Shown: positions 7,642 to 17,860, counted from the first letter of the stretch. The stretch: DNA of 50,485 nucleotides from a virus (IMGVR_UViG_3300023284_000253:1-50485); one strand, 5' to 3'. Made by a program: numbers and translations. The notes: generated from the letters alone by a model not told the origin.

Positions 7642-7851
7642 ATGACGAAAGTTAAACAACTTGAAAAACTATTTGGTGGTAAATGGAGATACTTAGGACC
7701 AGCTTACTGGGAATGCGATGACGGGAAACATCATGTATGGGCTTTTGGCACTATCAATTGTGACAGGGATGTCTTTCCAGACCTTCTTTATAGCACCGAC
7801 TACCAACTTTTCCGTGATAACAAATTTATGCAGCATGTTTACCTATCCTGA
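7642..7851 (+). CDS. hypothetical protein (69 aa), plus-strand island between minus-strand genes
   Basis: Internal ATG of track ORF 7618..7851 with GGAG 5 nt upstream. Composition is protein-like; no competing minus ORF. 13-nt convergent overlap with the 1052-aa gene. Confidence 0.45.
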   Translation: MTKVKQLEKLFGGKWRYLGPAYWECDDGKHHVWAFGTINCDRDVFPDLLYSTDYQLFRDNKFMQHVYLS

Positions 7852-10800
7852 AACAACAATCTGAGGGCTCTTTTCTTGGCATCCCTGACTCTCTCAGCCA
7901 CCCGTGTTTTCCTGCCAGTTAACCTCTTATTCAGCTCCGCAACCAACAACAGACGAAAAGCTCCAAAGTCCTTGTCATTGAGACGAGTTTTCTGTTGAGT
8001 GCGAGACACAGACAATGCAATCCCGTTCTCAGCCAGCAATGCTTGATTTGCTTGACTAAGCTTACCCGTTACAAATGCTCCATCCTTCCGTTCCCTCTCC
8101 TGCTTCTTGGCAATGAAGTCACTGACCTTCTTAGGTTCCTTCTTTACCTCCTCATCAGCAGCGGCAAATGCCTCTTTGTTCTTCCTTGACAATGACTTCC
8201 TCTGTCTAGGAGTTAGGTCAATGAAATCTTTTCCATGGGCTTCTTGTGCAACCCTGTTCTTTAAGGCTGTTCTCTTTTTGAAAGGACTATCCTTGAAAGT
8301 CTGACCACCTACCGAAAGCATAGAGGCAACACCGGAGGCAGCAATACCGGGTGCTCTTTTGATAACTGCCTGGTACATCTCTTCCAGCGTACCATCTTCC
8401 TCCATCGTGTCATACATTGTCTGCAAAATTTCAGGTGTAATCTTGTCCAAGATAGCTTGATGAGCCTTGATATCATCCCCTATCCAGTCCTTACCTGTTC
8501 GCAACTCATTAAACAATCCAATTAACGGAGCTTCTCTAGAAGTAATATAACGCCCTATTATTTCTCCGGGATTTTTAACGGTTTGACCACCAACCCTGGT
8601 TACCGGAACTTCAGTTCGCTTCTCTCTAAGATTCGAGTAAGCTGCCACAGCCAAACGAGCCATTAGCGTATAAAATGAGGCATCGCCGCCGTGTATATCT
8701 TTGCGATCATTCTCAATTCGCACCTTACCAAAATCAGAAGACAATGGATTAGCTGAATCCCCATCCTCACCAGTGAAATGTTTCCGGACCAGATCACCCA
8801 TGGACCCAATGGCAACCATCTTAGCTACATTGGAGGCCACCATCTCAGCAGCAAAACGACGAGATCCGGGCTTATTCAAAACATTAGCAATCTGTGCTGG
8901 CCGAGAAAAAGTAACCCCCGGAGAAAAAAGCACATATCCAGCCGCCTTCTGAATATTCTGACCTGCTGGGTCTTTAAATCTAAACATCCTCAATGTATTG
9001 TTTATGGCATCCGCACGATCCACTTTAGCCTTTACTAACGCTTTTCCCGTGAAGCCCTGTTTTTGGAGATCCCTCATGGACAGTTCCCAAAGGTCCATCA
9101 TAGTACTATTCATGGACGCAGCAAATGACCTTTCAGACGCCAGAGCCAATTTTCCAATCCCTCTAACCGGCTTCAACAACCTGCGTTTGACAGGTCCAGC
9201 ATCTTGTCCCAATTCAGCCAGCCAGTTATTTATACCCGCACGTCTCCACTCAGCCCGGTCCTTGGAGAACCTACCAGCACTGAGAAAATTAAGACCGCTC
9301 TCTTTTCCATCTGAAAATAGCTCACGTCCCTCTGTCCTTTTATTCAACCTTTCAGCAAAACCTTTACTAGCATAGGCCCCAACACCTCTTCCTACATTTT
9401 TAATAAACACTCCGGGACGGCGGCCTGAAATAGGGGCTGCCTGTCGTCCAATTTGAACATCAAACGTCACAAACAGCTTAGCAGCATCGGCAAGAAAATG
9501 TAGACCCTTGCCTAACGTAAAGGGGGTAGAAGCCACCTTCTTATGAAGCTGAGATGCAACATCTGACCCCAGCACCTTTTCAATATGTGCCCACCCAGAA
9601 TCAGTAGGATTTACCCCTTTTCGCAGAGAACGAAATGCGTCCTGAGCATCACTAGCTTGAAACACTTTTATGTGTTTACCCTTAACCGGGTAGGTCTTCT
9701 TGATGGCACGCTCAATAGTAGCCATCTCCGCCTTGTTCAATGGAAGAGGTTCAAAAGTAACCACTTCCCCAGGCCCTTTAAACCCCTTCTTTACAGCTCC
9801 TAGACCGCCAGCCTCAACAGCAGCAATCCCTCCCGCAGCTTGACGCTTCCTCAGAGCCTTCCTAGAGGCCTCAGCAGCCTCCTGAGAAACCAACTTCACA
9901 CCTTTGGACCAATCCACATACTTCTGTGCCAACTGCGTCAGAGGGGCGTCAGAGCCCTCAGGAAGAACACCTGAGCGTTGAGGTGTAATCTGGACCCTCT
10001 GTCTCCCAGCCTCAGCAGCAATGTCCACACGTCTTTGTTCCCTAAGCTTTCTAACTCCTTTTCCAGCGGCCCCCGCAGCACGTAATCCAACAGGTAACAG
10101 GGCACTAGTTAAAATGTCTTCAGCGCTCCCACCCTCAGCAGCAGTCAATCCTCCAAGAGATACACCTTCAGCAACAGGCTTAGCAACAACACCAGCCGCC
10201 CCTTTCAGAGGGCTCACCAGCTTACCAGCCCCAGCAAGAGCACCAAAAGCCACCAGCCCTCTACCGGGGGCACCTCCTACAGCTTGATTCTGGGCCTCCC
10301 ACAGCACAGCTACAGGTGTAGAAGGGAATGCCTTCCTTAACAGGGCTAACTGAGCAACAAACCCAGACACACCAGCAATGATGTCAGCAGCACGGTCAGT
10401 AATTCCTTCGGCTTCCTGCATCTGAAAAGAGAAATTGGCTTGCTCCGCTTGAACCTGCTTAGCTTGCACTAACAGACTCTCGTGTCTTTGCTTTCGAGTT
10501 ATGGAGGACTCAGCAAGAACAGCAGTCTCTCCCGCATCCACACGCTCCTTGATTGCTTGTAGACGGGGGTCCTCAGCCACCCTCTTAGGTGACAGAAAAG
10601 CTCTCCGTTCTCTGGGAGAGATAGGCCCTTGTTCTGCACGGGAGATAAAATCCTCCACACTCAGATCCAAGAAGGCCCGCATTACTCCTACTTTACGGCC
10701 CCCGGTGAATCGATCAATCTGTGCTTTTACAGGGCCAGCAACCACCGTGTTAAACAACCCCTTAAGCGTTCTACCAACAAACCCCGATCTTTGTGGTTTC

Positions 10801-10997
10801 TCCGGTATTCCAAATGATGCACGAGAAGGAGACGACGCTAACCTATCCTGTTCAAACGAAGCCTCTTCCCCAAGGCTGGCAAACGGATCACGCCTAAGCG
10901 GCCCTGAGAGTCCCAGCTTAGCTTCAGACTCCTCATAAGTCAACAAACCCCCTCCCTGCTCACTTAACGTCTCATCATAGGTCTTAAGTGCCATCAA
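7839..10997 (-). CDS. giant virion protein (1052 aa), internal core/ejection or tape-measure-like
   Basis: Largest ORF, at the distal end of the late arm. Ala/Gly-rich hydrophobic segments (GALAGAGKLVSPLKGAAGVVAKPVAEG). No catalytic motif recognised. Confidence 0.6.
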   Translation of the reverse strand: MMALKTYDETLSEQGGGLLTYEESEAKLGLSGPLRRDPFASLGEEASFEQDRLASSPSRASFGIPEKPQRSGFVGRTLKGLFNTVVAGPVKAQIDRFTGGRKVGVMRAFLDLSVEDFISRAEQGPISPRERRAFLSPKRVAEDPRLQAIKERVDAGETAVLAESSITRKQRHESLLVQAKQVQAEQANFSFQMQEAEGITDRAADIIAGVSGFVAQLALLRKAFPSTPVAVLWEAQNQAVGGAPGRGLVAFGALAGAGKLVSPLKGAAGVVAKPVAEGVSLGGLTAAEGGSAEDILTSALLPVGLRAAGAAGKGVRKLREQRRVDIAAEAGRQRVQITPQRSGVLPEGSDAPLTQLAQKYVDWSKGVKLVSQEAAEASRKALRKRQAAGGIAAVEAGGLGAVKKGFKGPGEVVTFEPLPLNKAEMATIERAIKKTYPVKGKHIKVFQASDAQDAFRSLRKGVNPTDSGWAHIEKVLGSDVASQLHKKVASTPFTLGKGLHFLADAAKLFVTFDVQIGRQAAPISGRRPGVFIKNVGRGVGAYASKGFAERLNKRTEGRELFSDGKESGLNFLSAGRFSKDRAEWRRAGINNWLAELGQDAGPVKRRLLKPVRGIGKLALASERSFAASMNSTMMDLWELSMRDLQKQGFTGKALVKAKVDRADAINNTLRMFRFKDPAGQNIQKAAGYVLFSPGVTFSRPAQIANVLNKPGSRRFAAEMVASNVAKMVAIGSMGDLVRKHFTGEDGDSANPLSSDFGKVRIENDRKDIHGGDASFYTLMARLAVAAYSNLREKRTEVPVTRVGGQTVKNPGEIIGRYITSREAPLIGLFNELRTGKDWIGDDIKAHQAILDKITPEILQTMYDTMEEDGTLEEMYQAVIKRAPGIAASGVASMLSVGGQTFKDSPFKKRTALKNRVAQEAHGKDFIDLTPRQRKSLSRKNKEAFAAADEEVKKEPKKVSDFIAKKQERERKDGAFVTGKLSQANQALLAENGIALSVSRTQQKTRLNDKDFGAFRLLLVAELNKRLTGRKTRVAERVRDAKKRALRLLFQDR

Positions 10998-11002
10998 GTC
11001 TC

Positions 11003-11815
11003 CTATTTAAACAGATGACTCCATCGCTGTAGATATGCCCGATGCTCTGCGCGTCGGCCTTGAGCAACTAACGTATCCAGTATCTCCTGAGCTACCGCTT
11101 CCGTAGGTGGTCTCCGTGTCAGCAAACTATCAAAGTCACGGGTCACTTGCTCCGTCCGGGGATCGGACACACTAGCCAACTGCCTAAATGCAGCCGGATT
11201 ATCAATTGCCAAATCCTCTCTTGCCTCAGGTAATCTTGCAGCGGCCTCAGCTTCACGAAGTTGTGAGGAAAAGGACCGACCTTCTGATTCCTTCCGAGTA
11301 GGCAAACCAGCAAACGCAGCTACCTCTGGAATAGTGGGATGCTTAATACCTAGGTTTCTCCTGGCTTGATCAATCACCGATTTAGGATAGATACCCTTGT
11401 CCTCATACTCTTCAATAGATGTCAACGCCGCCAAAACTTCCTGACGATCCCTAGTCCTGATCCTCTCCTCCTCAAACAAATCATTCTGACGCTTAATATC
11501 AATCTTATTAAGTTCCCACGCCTTGGTCCTCTCAAACCTCTCCAGCTCCTTCTCAGCAACGATGTCGATCTTCTGGAAAGCATCCAGACTAGTAAGAGCG
11601 CGTCTTCGCTCACTCTCTGCCCGATTCTGAGCAACCTGCTCCGCCTGAAACGCCAACTGAGCTTGAAGTCTAGAACTCGCAGCCCTTTGTCGAGACTCTT
11701 GGGAAGCCTGACGCTCAGCTCGTGCCCGATCTTCTTTTCGCCTGTCAGCAGCACCCGCTTCCTTAGCAAGCCCGACAATAGGTGCTAGAGATCCACGATT
11801 AAATACAATAGCCAT
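11003..11815 (-). CDS. charged coiled-coil virion protein (270 aa)
   Basis: Track ORF. R/E/Q-rich heptad-like stretch ERQASQESRQRAASSRLQAQLAFQAEQVAQNRAESERRRA; stop-start overlap with neighbours. Confidence 0.7.
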   Translation of the reverse strand: MAIVFNRGSLAPIVGLAKEAGAADRRKEDRARAERQASQESRQRAASSRLQAQLAFQAEQVAQNRAESERRRALTSLDAFQKIDIVAEKELERFERTKAWELNKIDIKRQNDLFEEERIRTRDRQEVLAALTSIEEYEDKGIYPKSVIDQARRNLGIKHPTIPEVAAFAGLPTRKESEGRSFSSQLREAEAAARLPEAREDLAIDNPAAFRQLASVSDPRTEQVTRDFDSLLTRRPPTEAVAQEILDTLVAQGRRAEHRAYLQRWSHLFK

Positions 11816-12273
11816 TACGCAACTCCCGGTTCCGCTTGGATTGTCTTGATTATAGTCGGGATAAAATGTCCATCAATGTTTAAATCTATGGTGTCATCGT
11901 CTGTCTTTGCATTAAGAAAAACACCTTCAGAAACCAATAACCGGAGGCCTACCTGTGAGGCTACTGTCAGTTTACCCATGCCAAATTGCCGAACAATTCT
12001 GCTTACTGTTATTGTGGTTGGCGTTGTTCCCTCGTAAATAACGATGTTTGTAGCCGAGGCGTCGCTCACGTCCTTGGTTGCGAAAGCAAACAAACCAGTA
12101 ATGATGAATTGGTGACCTGGGATCGGTGTGTAGAAATTGAAAGCTGTGCCGGTTGCATTGAGAGACTTGAAATTACCCAAGTCAAAACCACCAGACGCAG
12201 TTTCCAATTGTGCTAGCTCATTCCACTTGGCCCGCTTGCCGTTCCCAGCATCAAGGATAACTCTCACAGGCAT
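11815..12273 (-). CDS. hypothetical structural protein (152 aa)
   Basis: Track ORF; 1-nt overlaps at both ends within the late operon. Confidence 0.75.
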   Translation of the reverse strand: MPVRVILDAGNGKRAKWNELAQLETASGGFDLGNFKSLNATGTAFNFYTPIPGHQFIITGLFAFATKDVSDASATNIVIYEGTTPTTITVSRIVRQFGMGKLTVASQVGLRLLVSEGVFLNAKTDDDTIDLNIDGHFIPTIIKTIQAEPGVA

Positions 12274-12824
12274 TACTGTAACTCTTCAATAAAGAAGCCC
12301 TTCAGGATGATTCTACCTGACGTTGACTCCGTTTCCTGGTTAACCTGAATAAAATCATTCTTAATAAGTATATTTCCTGCCAACGACTTTGTTTTGGACT
12401 CAACAATAGAGCACCAAATGCCATCGACCTGTGTGCCATCTGCGACAGACTCCTCGTCGGTGTGTGCGTCATAGTCGAACGTCTGGTTCAGAAACTTACC
12501 ATTCAGGTTAGTTGCCACAATGGCAGATCCACCAGTAAAGGCTGTCGTCGCATTCCCTCTGTTGATGCTGTAATCGCAGGTAACATTTGCCGGGAACACA
12601 GTAATCTCGGTCATAATGAGAAACAAGTCACTTGTGTTGCGTACTATTAAAACCGTATCCCCAATATTAATATCAGCATTAAGAGATACCCAAGAAAACG
12701 CTAATCCTAATTCCGATTCATGTTCAATTTGTTCTTGGGAAACTGCACGAACCAATGGCTCGCCTCGCCGAGTTCCTGGAACTTGCTTCGTAGAATTGTC
12801 GTGGACTACTTCTATGAGTGCCAT
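12273..12824 (-). CDS. hypothetical structural protein (183 aa)
   Basis: Track ORF, tightly packed in the late operon. Confidence 0.75.
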   Translation of the reverse strand: MALIEVVHDNSTKQVPGTRRGEPLVRAVSQEQIEHESELGLAFSWVSLNADINIGDTVLIVRNTSDLFLIMTEITVFPANVTCDYSINRGNATTAFTGGSAIVATNLNGKFLNQTFDYDAHTDEESVADGTQVDGIWCSIVESKTKSLAGNILIKNDFIQVNQETESTSGRIILKGFFIEELQ

Positions 12825-12826
12825 GT

Positions 12827-12988
12827 TTAAAATTCCTTTACATCATCTAGAGTTACGGGGTCATCTACAATAGCATTTCCTATCGCAATAAGAACGTCCA
12901 ATCTTCTCTTTATATCCTTCAACAACTGATGCTCGGTTATGGTGACTTCACCTTTTTTAATCTCTACTTTGGATGATCTGTTAGGCAT
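12827..12988 (-). CDS. hypothetical small protein (53 aa)
   Basis: Hand-read ORF MPNRSSKVEIKKGEVTITEH... It exactly fills the gap between 12989..13405 and 12273..12824. Confidence 0.55.
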   Translation of the reverse strand: MPNRSSKVEIKKGEVTITEHQLLKDIKRRLDVLIAIGNAIVDDPVTLDDVKEF

Positions 12989-13405
12989 CTATACCCATCC
13001 CTCTGTCGGCTCAAACGTCACATCCTCATCGCCGTCATCAAATATGTCGTATTCGGAATTTTCTCCCAACAAAGGATCAGTTCCATTAGGAATCATGGTC
13101 ACCTTATTATTTGAATGGCCCGCGTTTATTACCACGTAGTTAGTTCCATCTATTCCGGCGGGAAAAGTAACCTTGATGACTCGGATATCAGTATCACACA
13201 CAAGTTTGTGATCAGTATCCAGAAGCGTAGTGTCACTTGTCACCCTTCTAGTTTTTACAATCCTTCCCCCTTGCGTAGTAAAAAGGCCGGTAACAGTCAA
13301 GGTTCTAAAAATCTTATCGGCCGTATCAACCAAACCATTGATGAGCCTCTGAAACGTCCGCCTCTCTCTTACACCCGACTGTCTTGAATTAGGAGACAAT
13401 GCCAT
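12989..13405 (-). CDS. hypothetical structural protein (138 aa)
   Basis: Track ORF; 1-nt overlap with the upstream gene. Confidence 0.75.
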   Translation of the reverse strand: MALSPNSRQSGVRERRTFQRLINGLVDTADKIFRTLTVTGLFTTQGGRIVKTRRVTSDTTLLDTDHKLVCDTDIRVIKVTFPAGIDGTNYVVINAGHSNNKVTMIPNGTDPLLGENSEYDIFDDGDEDVTFEPTEGWV

Positions 13406-13950
13406 TAGGACGACGCCTGTGAAACAAGATTAGAAATAAGTTCAAAACTCGGAACCTCTTCCTCCACGTCAACCAAAGACTGAGCCTTAGCCCCAAGAGC
13501 CGAACTTACCTGTCGTGTTTGTGACTCCGCAATACCCTTCCGTGCCACATCACCTACATTCTCCTCAAACCGTCTACCCAATGCAGAAACACTAACTGTG
13601 TTGGACAGCCCTGCATTCACCAAGGCCTGTGCCCCAGAAGCAACATCCCGCTGTTTCACACCTTCCAACCTCTCAGTCTGCTCAGCTCCGAACTGCTGGG
13701 CATTCTTTATAATCCTATCATGCAACTCCTGAACTTGCTCAAACCTCTTCTGGACAGCCTGCTGCGCGGCCACCCTCTCCCCCTCTAGGGCGTCAATGTA
13801 CCCGTTCATCCGGGACTGGGCCACCCGCTGTTCACGAGCAAATGCCTCATACGAGGGCCTAGCAGCCGCACGGCTCTCATTAAAATCCCGACCAACAAAA
13901 GGCGCATGCCCTGTAGCAGACCACCATTCATCAAAACTTTGAACTGCCAT
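13405..13950 (-). CDS. virion protein, paralog of 13959..14720
   Basis: The C-terminal ~120 aa align with the neighbour (QRF.Q.Q.L.D.II.NA...VASG...LVN.GLSNT...ISNLV..ASS). Confidence 0.75.
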   Translation of the reverse strand: MAVQSFDEWWSATGHAPFVGRDFNESRAAARPSYEAFAREQRVAQSRMNGYIDALEGERVAAQQAVQKRFEQVQELHDRIIKNAQQFGAEQTERLEGVKQRDVASGAQALVNAGLSNTVSVSALGRRFEENVGDVARKGIAESQTRQVSSALGAKAQSLVDVEEEVPSFELISNLVSQASS

Positions 13951-13958
13951 AATATCTC

Positions 13959-14720
13959 CTAAGAGGATGCCCGTTGTACTAAGTTTGAGATTGTCCTAAA
14001 ATCAGGAACCTTGTCTTGCACATTGGTCAGAAACTGAGCCTTCTGCCCCAACGCCTGCCCCAACTGTCTATTCTTATCCTCACCAATTCGCAACCTCTCA
14101 GGACCACCAACCTCCGCCTCAAACTTTTGACCAAGACCAGCAGCCCTAGTAGTGTTTGACAGACCACGATTAACCAAATCTTGAAAACCCGAAGCAACAT
14201 TTCGTTCCTTCCTCTGTTCCAACCCCGCCAACCTCGCTTCCCCGGTCTGACTGGCGTTCTCAATGATCTGATCATACAACCCTTGAGCCTGATCAAACCT
14301 CTGTTGATTAGACGCCTGACTTGATTTTCTCTCCGCCTCCAACTGGTCAATAAAAGAGTTAATACGACTGTTATCAGCTTGCTTCACGGGGGCCGGGGAC
14401 ACCACACCACCAGCACCTACTGTCCCTCCAAAACCTCCGCCACCAAAACGACCACCACTAGTCGTAGTACCAAAACTGCCAAACCCTTCAAAATCACCCA
14501 GACCCCTGGCAGCAGCAGAAGATATTGCAACCCCGCCTCTACCTCCCCCGCCACCTACTCCTACTGAAGATGCTTCAGCACCGGGTGATATGGGGTCAAC
14601 CTGAGTCTCTCTCGGAATAAACTCCCCAGTAGAAAACTCGTCTTTTGTGTGGCCTCGCGTCGGTGCAGTCCGAGGACTACGACTTCTAGGATCACTCGCA
14701 GGAAATTTAAGATGGGGCAT
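13959..14720 (-). CDS. Gly-rich virion protein, paralog of 13405..13950
   Basis: Track ORF 13959..14741. ATG 14720 behind GGGAG avoids overlap with the upstream stop. Low-complexity GVGGGGGRGG...GGRFGGGGFGGTVGAGG, then the shared C-terminal domain. Confidence 0.75.
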   Translation of the reverse strand: MPHLKFPASDPRSRSPRTAPTRGHTKDEFSTGEFIPRETQVDPISPGAEASSVGVGGGGGRGGVAISSAAARGLGDFEGFGSFGTTTSGGRFGGGGFGGTVGAGGVVSPAPVKQADNSRINSFIDQLEAERKSSQASNQQRFDQAQGLYDQIIENASQTGEARLAGLEQRKERNVASGFQDLVNRGLSNTTRAAGLGQKFEAEVGGPERLRIGEDKNRQLGQALGQKAQFLTNVQDKVPDFRTISNLVQRASS

Positions 14721-14721
14721 T

Positions 14722-16818
14722 CTACTCCCGCCCTTCTTCACGTAACTCCGCCATGATCTTATTTATAGACCACGTCTCAGTAGCGGTTGAATTTTTAATA
14801 TGTAGCATTAGAGACCTGCCTCTTGCTCTTGCTCGTTTACGATCCGACAGCCCCCCAGCAGAAACACTTCCAGTAACATTAGGAGTAGCCGAATCCAGTA
14901 TATCCTCAATAGCCGTCTCAGGATCGTCAGCCGCATAAACCTCGTAAGTAAACGCATCAAAATCTGTGTTTGCTCCACCAGACGCTCCACCCGCCATCTC
15001 AAATCGTAATGCTCTTAACTTAATCACATCTTGAGGTTCCTGCCCACCACTCACCACCATGGGAATCGTCACAAAAGACGAGATAGCCGTATCTGATCCC
15101 CCTATGTCGTCATCTTTAGCGGCTCTGTCAACAAATCTAGTGTATCCATCAAAGCTTCCAAATACCAGTTGACGTATAGAAGAATCCTCACTATCATAGA
15201 ACAAACTGGAATATACACCATTAGACACCGGAAAGGACTGGGGATAAAACCCGTTAAGCTTCAGGCTATAGAAATAATTAGAATTAGCACCAGTCGTAAG
15301 TGTTGTAATAAACACCCATATTCCCTGGTTCTCCCGATCATAACTCAACACCACCCTCTTAGTATCAGGGTCTAAAGACTCATCCTGTAGTAAATCGGGA
15401 AGAGCTAAAGTAGACAACGGAACAATCGTTCTAGACTGGATATCCGTGATAACAGAGATCCCTTGAGACCCCATGAAATACACACGCCCGTCACTATCAA
15501 CACACCAACTACGAGGACCATACATCCCTGTAATTACTGACATCTCCGCAATTGACCCACCTTCCGCAGGGTCACCCTCAAACAAATGTATCGAATGAGT
15601 AGCCCCCACCAAAAGCAAATCATCATTCAAGGGTATCAAAGCAACAATCACATCACCAACCAACCCAGCACGTCCATCTTGACCTGCAATAGCTGACTGG
15701 TCATCACTTGCTACAAACTTCCAATCCCAAGGATTAGCCTGACGAGGCATATACCACTGTTCAGGATGAGCCGGATCTCCAGACAAAACCGTTCTAGCTC
15801 TCCAAAAACAAGATATCTCCGCCTTGGTAGGTAACGAACCATAAGTAGTAGAATCATCATTATATGGCGTCCAACTATACCAGTGCGGTGTTGTAGTAGC
15901 CTCATCCACTGCATCCATGTTAGCTGCCGTGATAATAGTGTTAGAACTAGCATCAATCACCGCCGTACCAGTCTCAAACGTCCCCGCAGACGTGTAACCA
16001 TACACATAATGAATCGAGCCAGTCCAAAAGATGTAATCTACCACCATCGTAGCCGCAGATGCACCGGCCTGTGTCAACAGATCCCCGTGTACTGGTATGT
16101 TGGTTGTAATCTGCGCCCCAGCAGATAGCCTAGTGTTAACAAAATCAACCACATACTTAGTAGACCCATTCGCCACAAACACCTTACCTAGCCCAGCCGT
16201 AGCCTGAAGTGGTTTACTCGTGTCTATAACACCGGAAGCCGCAGTCAGTTCCGCCATGTCCGAAGGCTTAGTACCATAAAAAACCTTACTGGCACTGAAC
16301 GTAACCAAGTTCTGTGTATACTTTTTGTCACTTGGAATAAAATCAGCAGAAGTCTCTCCATAAACCTCAAAATAAGAATCAGAGGCAGCCGATGTCCACG
16401 TAGACCCCGCGTCATCACTAGACACATTCAATCCATTGGCATACTGATCAGTACCCTCACCATATATAAACTGACCTGTCGACCTAGTATCAATCTTCAC
16501 AACAACCGCATACTCAGTCGCATTGCTTAACGCAACCGGCGTGGTCCAAACAAAGTCAAATAAAGCACCGGGATTTCCAAAATCAACAGCATTATAAGGA
16601 ACACTAGCCAGTATAGATCCAGTCGGCAAACTACTACCATCCACCGCATACAATTCAACATCACCACTTTTAGCTTCAACCGAACCTATCTTTAACTTAA
16701 TAGAGGTACAAGTGTAGGCAGACGTAGTCGTAAACGTCTGACCACGATAGTCAAAATTTTGCCAATTCTGGGTAACCTCAGATGTCACCGTTGTAAAGGA
16801 ATCTTTCAACGAAGCCAT
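14722..16818 (-). CDS. large tail protein (698 aa; nozzle/tubular-B-like by position)
   Basis: Track ORF, second largest structural gene. Beta-rich sequence. The functional call rests on gene order only. Confidence 0.5.
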   Translation of the reverse strand: MASLKDSFTTVTSEVTQNWQNFDYRGQTFTTTSAYTCTSIKLKIGSVEAKSGDVELYAVDGSSLPTGSILASVPYNAVDFGNPGALFDFVWTTPVALSNATEYAVVVKIDTRSTGQFIYGEGTDQYANGLNVSSDDAGSTWTSAASDSYFEVYGETSADFIPSDKKYTQNLVTFSASKVFYGTKPSDMAELTAASGVIDTSKPLQATAGLGKVFVANGSTKYVVDFVNTRLSAGAQITTNIPVHGDLLTQAGASAATMVVDYIFWTGSIHYVYGYTSAGTFETGTAVIDASSNTIITAANMDAVDEATTTPHWYSWTPYNDDSTTYGSLPTKAEISCFWRARTVLSGDPAHPEQWYMPRQANPWDWKFVASDDQSAIAGQDGRAGLVGDVIVALIPLNDDLLLVGATHSIHLFEGDPAEGGSIAEMSVITGMYGPRSWCVDSDGRVYFMGSQGISVITDIQSRTIVPLSTLALPDLLQDESLDPDTKRVVLSYDRENQGIWVFITTLTTGANSNYFYSLKLNGFYPQSFPVSNGVYSSLFYDSEDSSIRQLVFGSFDGYTRFVDRAAKDDDIGGSDTAISSFVTIPMVVSGGQEPQDVIKLRALRFEMAGGASGGANTDFDAFTYEVYAADDPETAIEDILDSATPNVTGSVSAGGLSDRKRARARGRSLMLHIKNSTATETWSINKIMAELREEGRE

Positions 16819-17054
16819 TAAGGAACCACCACAGCTATCTGAACCATATCAACTATCGGAGAAGGTGTAGGGGTAGAACTCAACAAGGTCGTAGACCACT
16901 TATCCAACCCAGGGCGCTGTCCCAGACGAATACGGTTTGCTTCCACATCAACCGGCATCACATTGTCCATATTAGGGCTCATGCCCCCTGGCTCCGAACC
17001 AGGAATACCACCCTTAAACACACCCTTGATAGGTAGATCAATATTGATACTCAT
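16818..17054 (-). CDS. hypothetical structural protein (78 aa)
   Basis: Track ORF with overlapping stop-start on both sides. Confidence 0.7.
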   Translation of the reverse strand: MSINIDLPIKGVFKGGIPGSEPGGMSPNMDNVMPVDVEANRIRLGQRPGLDKWSTTLLSSTPTPSPIVDMVQIAVVVP

Positions 17055-17380
17055 CTCTTATCTCGCTTACGCCTAGCAGAGTCAGAGATGTTGAGAAGAT
17101 CTGACCTAAGTTTGGGTGACGTGCCCTTCAAAACTCTCTTTGTACCACGATTGATCTTTTTCTTACCTGACAACTGCGTTCGCGCCTTGTCCCTAGCTTT
17201 AGAACCTCCTAACAGCCGACGTTGCAAAGCCAATCGCTCACCTTGAGACCGCTTCTGAAAACTAGCAAACGTAGGAACATCCCGCACACCACCCTGCCGA
17301 AACTTCTTCACCAGCGCAAGGTATGTCTGCTGCTCATCTGTCTTGGCTTCCAACTTCTTGGTCGCCCTATTCTTAGCCAT
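17051..17380 (-). CDS. highly basic virion protein (109 aa)
   Basis: Track ORF, about 30 percent K/R (KKKINRGTKRVLKG...ARRKRDKR). Possible DNA-binding or internal protein. Confidence 0.7.
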   Translation of the reverse strand: MAKNRATKKLEAKTDEQQTYLALVKKFRQGGVRDVPTFASFQKRSQGERLALQRRLLGGSKARDKARTQLSGKKKINRGTKRVLKGTSPKLRSDLLNISDSARRKRDKR

Positions 17381-17388
17381 ACTAACCC

Positions 17389-17859
17389 CTACCTATGTAA
17401 ACTTGTATTACCATCAACATTAGCTATGTCCGTAGCAAGATCAGTATCCGTTGGTGTACCAAGTGTAGCCGGTATAGTTGTAACCGTGGCAGTCTTAACA
17501 GTATCTAAATCGGCAGGCAAATTAGCCGCATCCAACTCAGCCAGCCGTGCCTCCGTAGACACACCCTCGGTGTATATAATCATGGGCTCCAACGTAATGT
17601 TCGCCGTAGCGGAGACCGCAGACAAGATAACCATGTCCGCGTTCGTCTCGGCTTGAGTCATATCGAATATATAAATACCCTTGGCGTCCGTGGCATCAAG
17701 TTCGGTTGGAGCAACATCATTAGTTGCCGCCGTAGCCCCACCATCTTTACTTATCTGGGCAGAGATGTTAGCAGCATCCCCCGTCTTCGGAGCATCAGCG
17801 CTTGTATCATACGCAAAAACAGCAATCTTTTGACTGGCTATATTTTTATAAATAGACAT
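17389..17859 (-). CDS. fibre/adaptor-like protein, paralog of 19006..19548
   Basis: Internal ATG (MSIYKNIASQK) of track ORF 17389..17907, placed directly after the upstream stop. Shares TGDAANI, TQAE(T/S)NAD and EARLAELDAANLP with the paralog. Confidence 0.7.
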   Translation of the reverse strand: MSIYKNIASQKIAVFAYDTSADAPKTGDAANISAQISKDGGATAATNDVAPTELDATDAKGIYIFDMTQAETNADMVILSAVSATANITLEPMIIYTEGVSTEARLAELDAANLPADLDTVKTATVTTIPATLGTPTDTDLATDIANVDGNTSLHR

Positions 17860-17860
17860 A

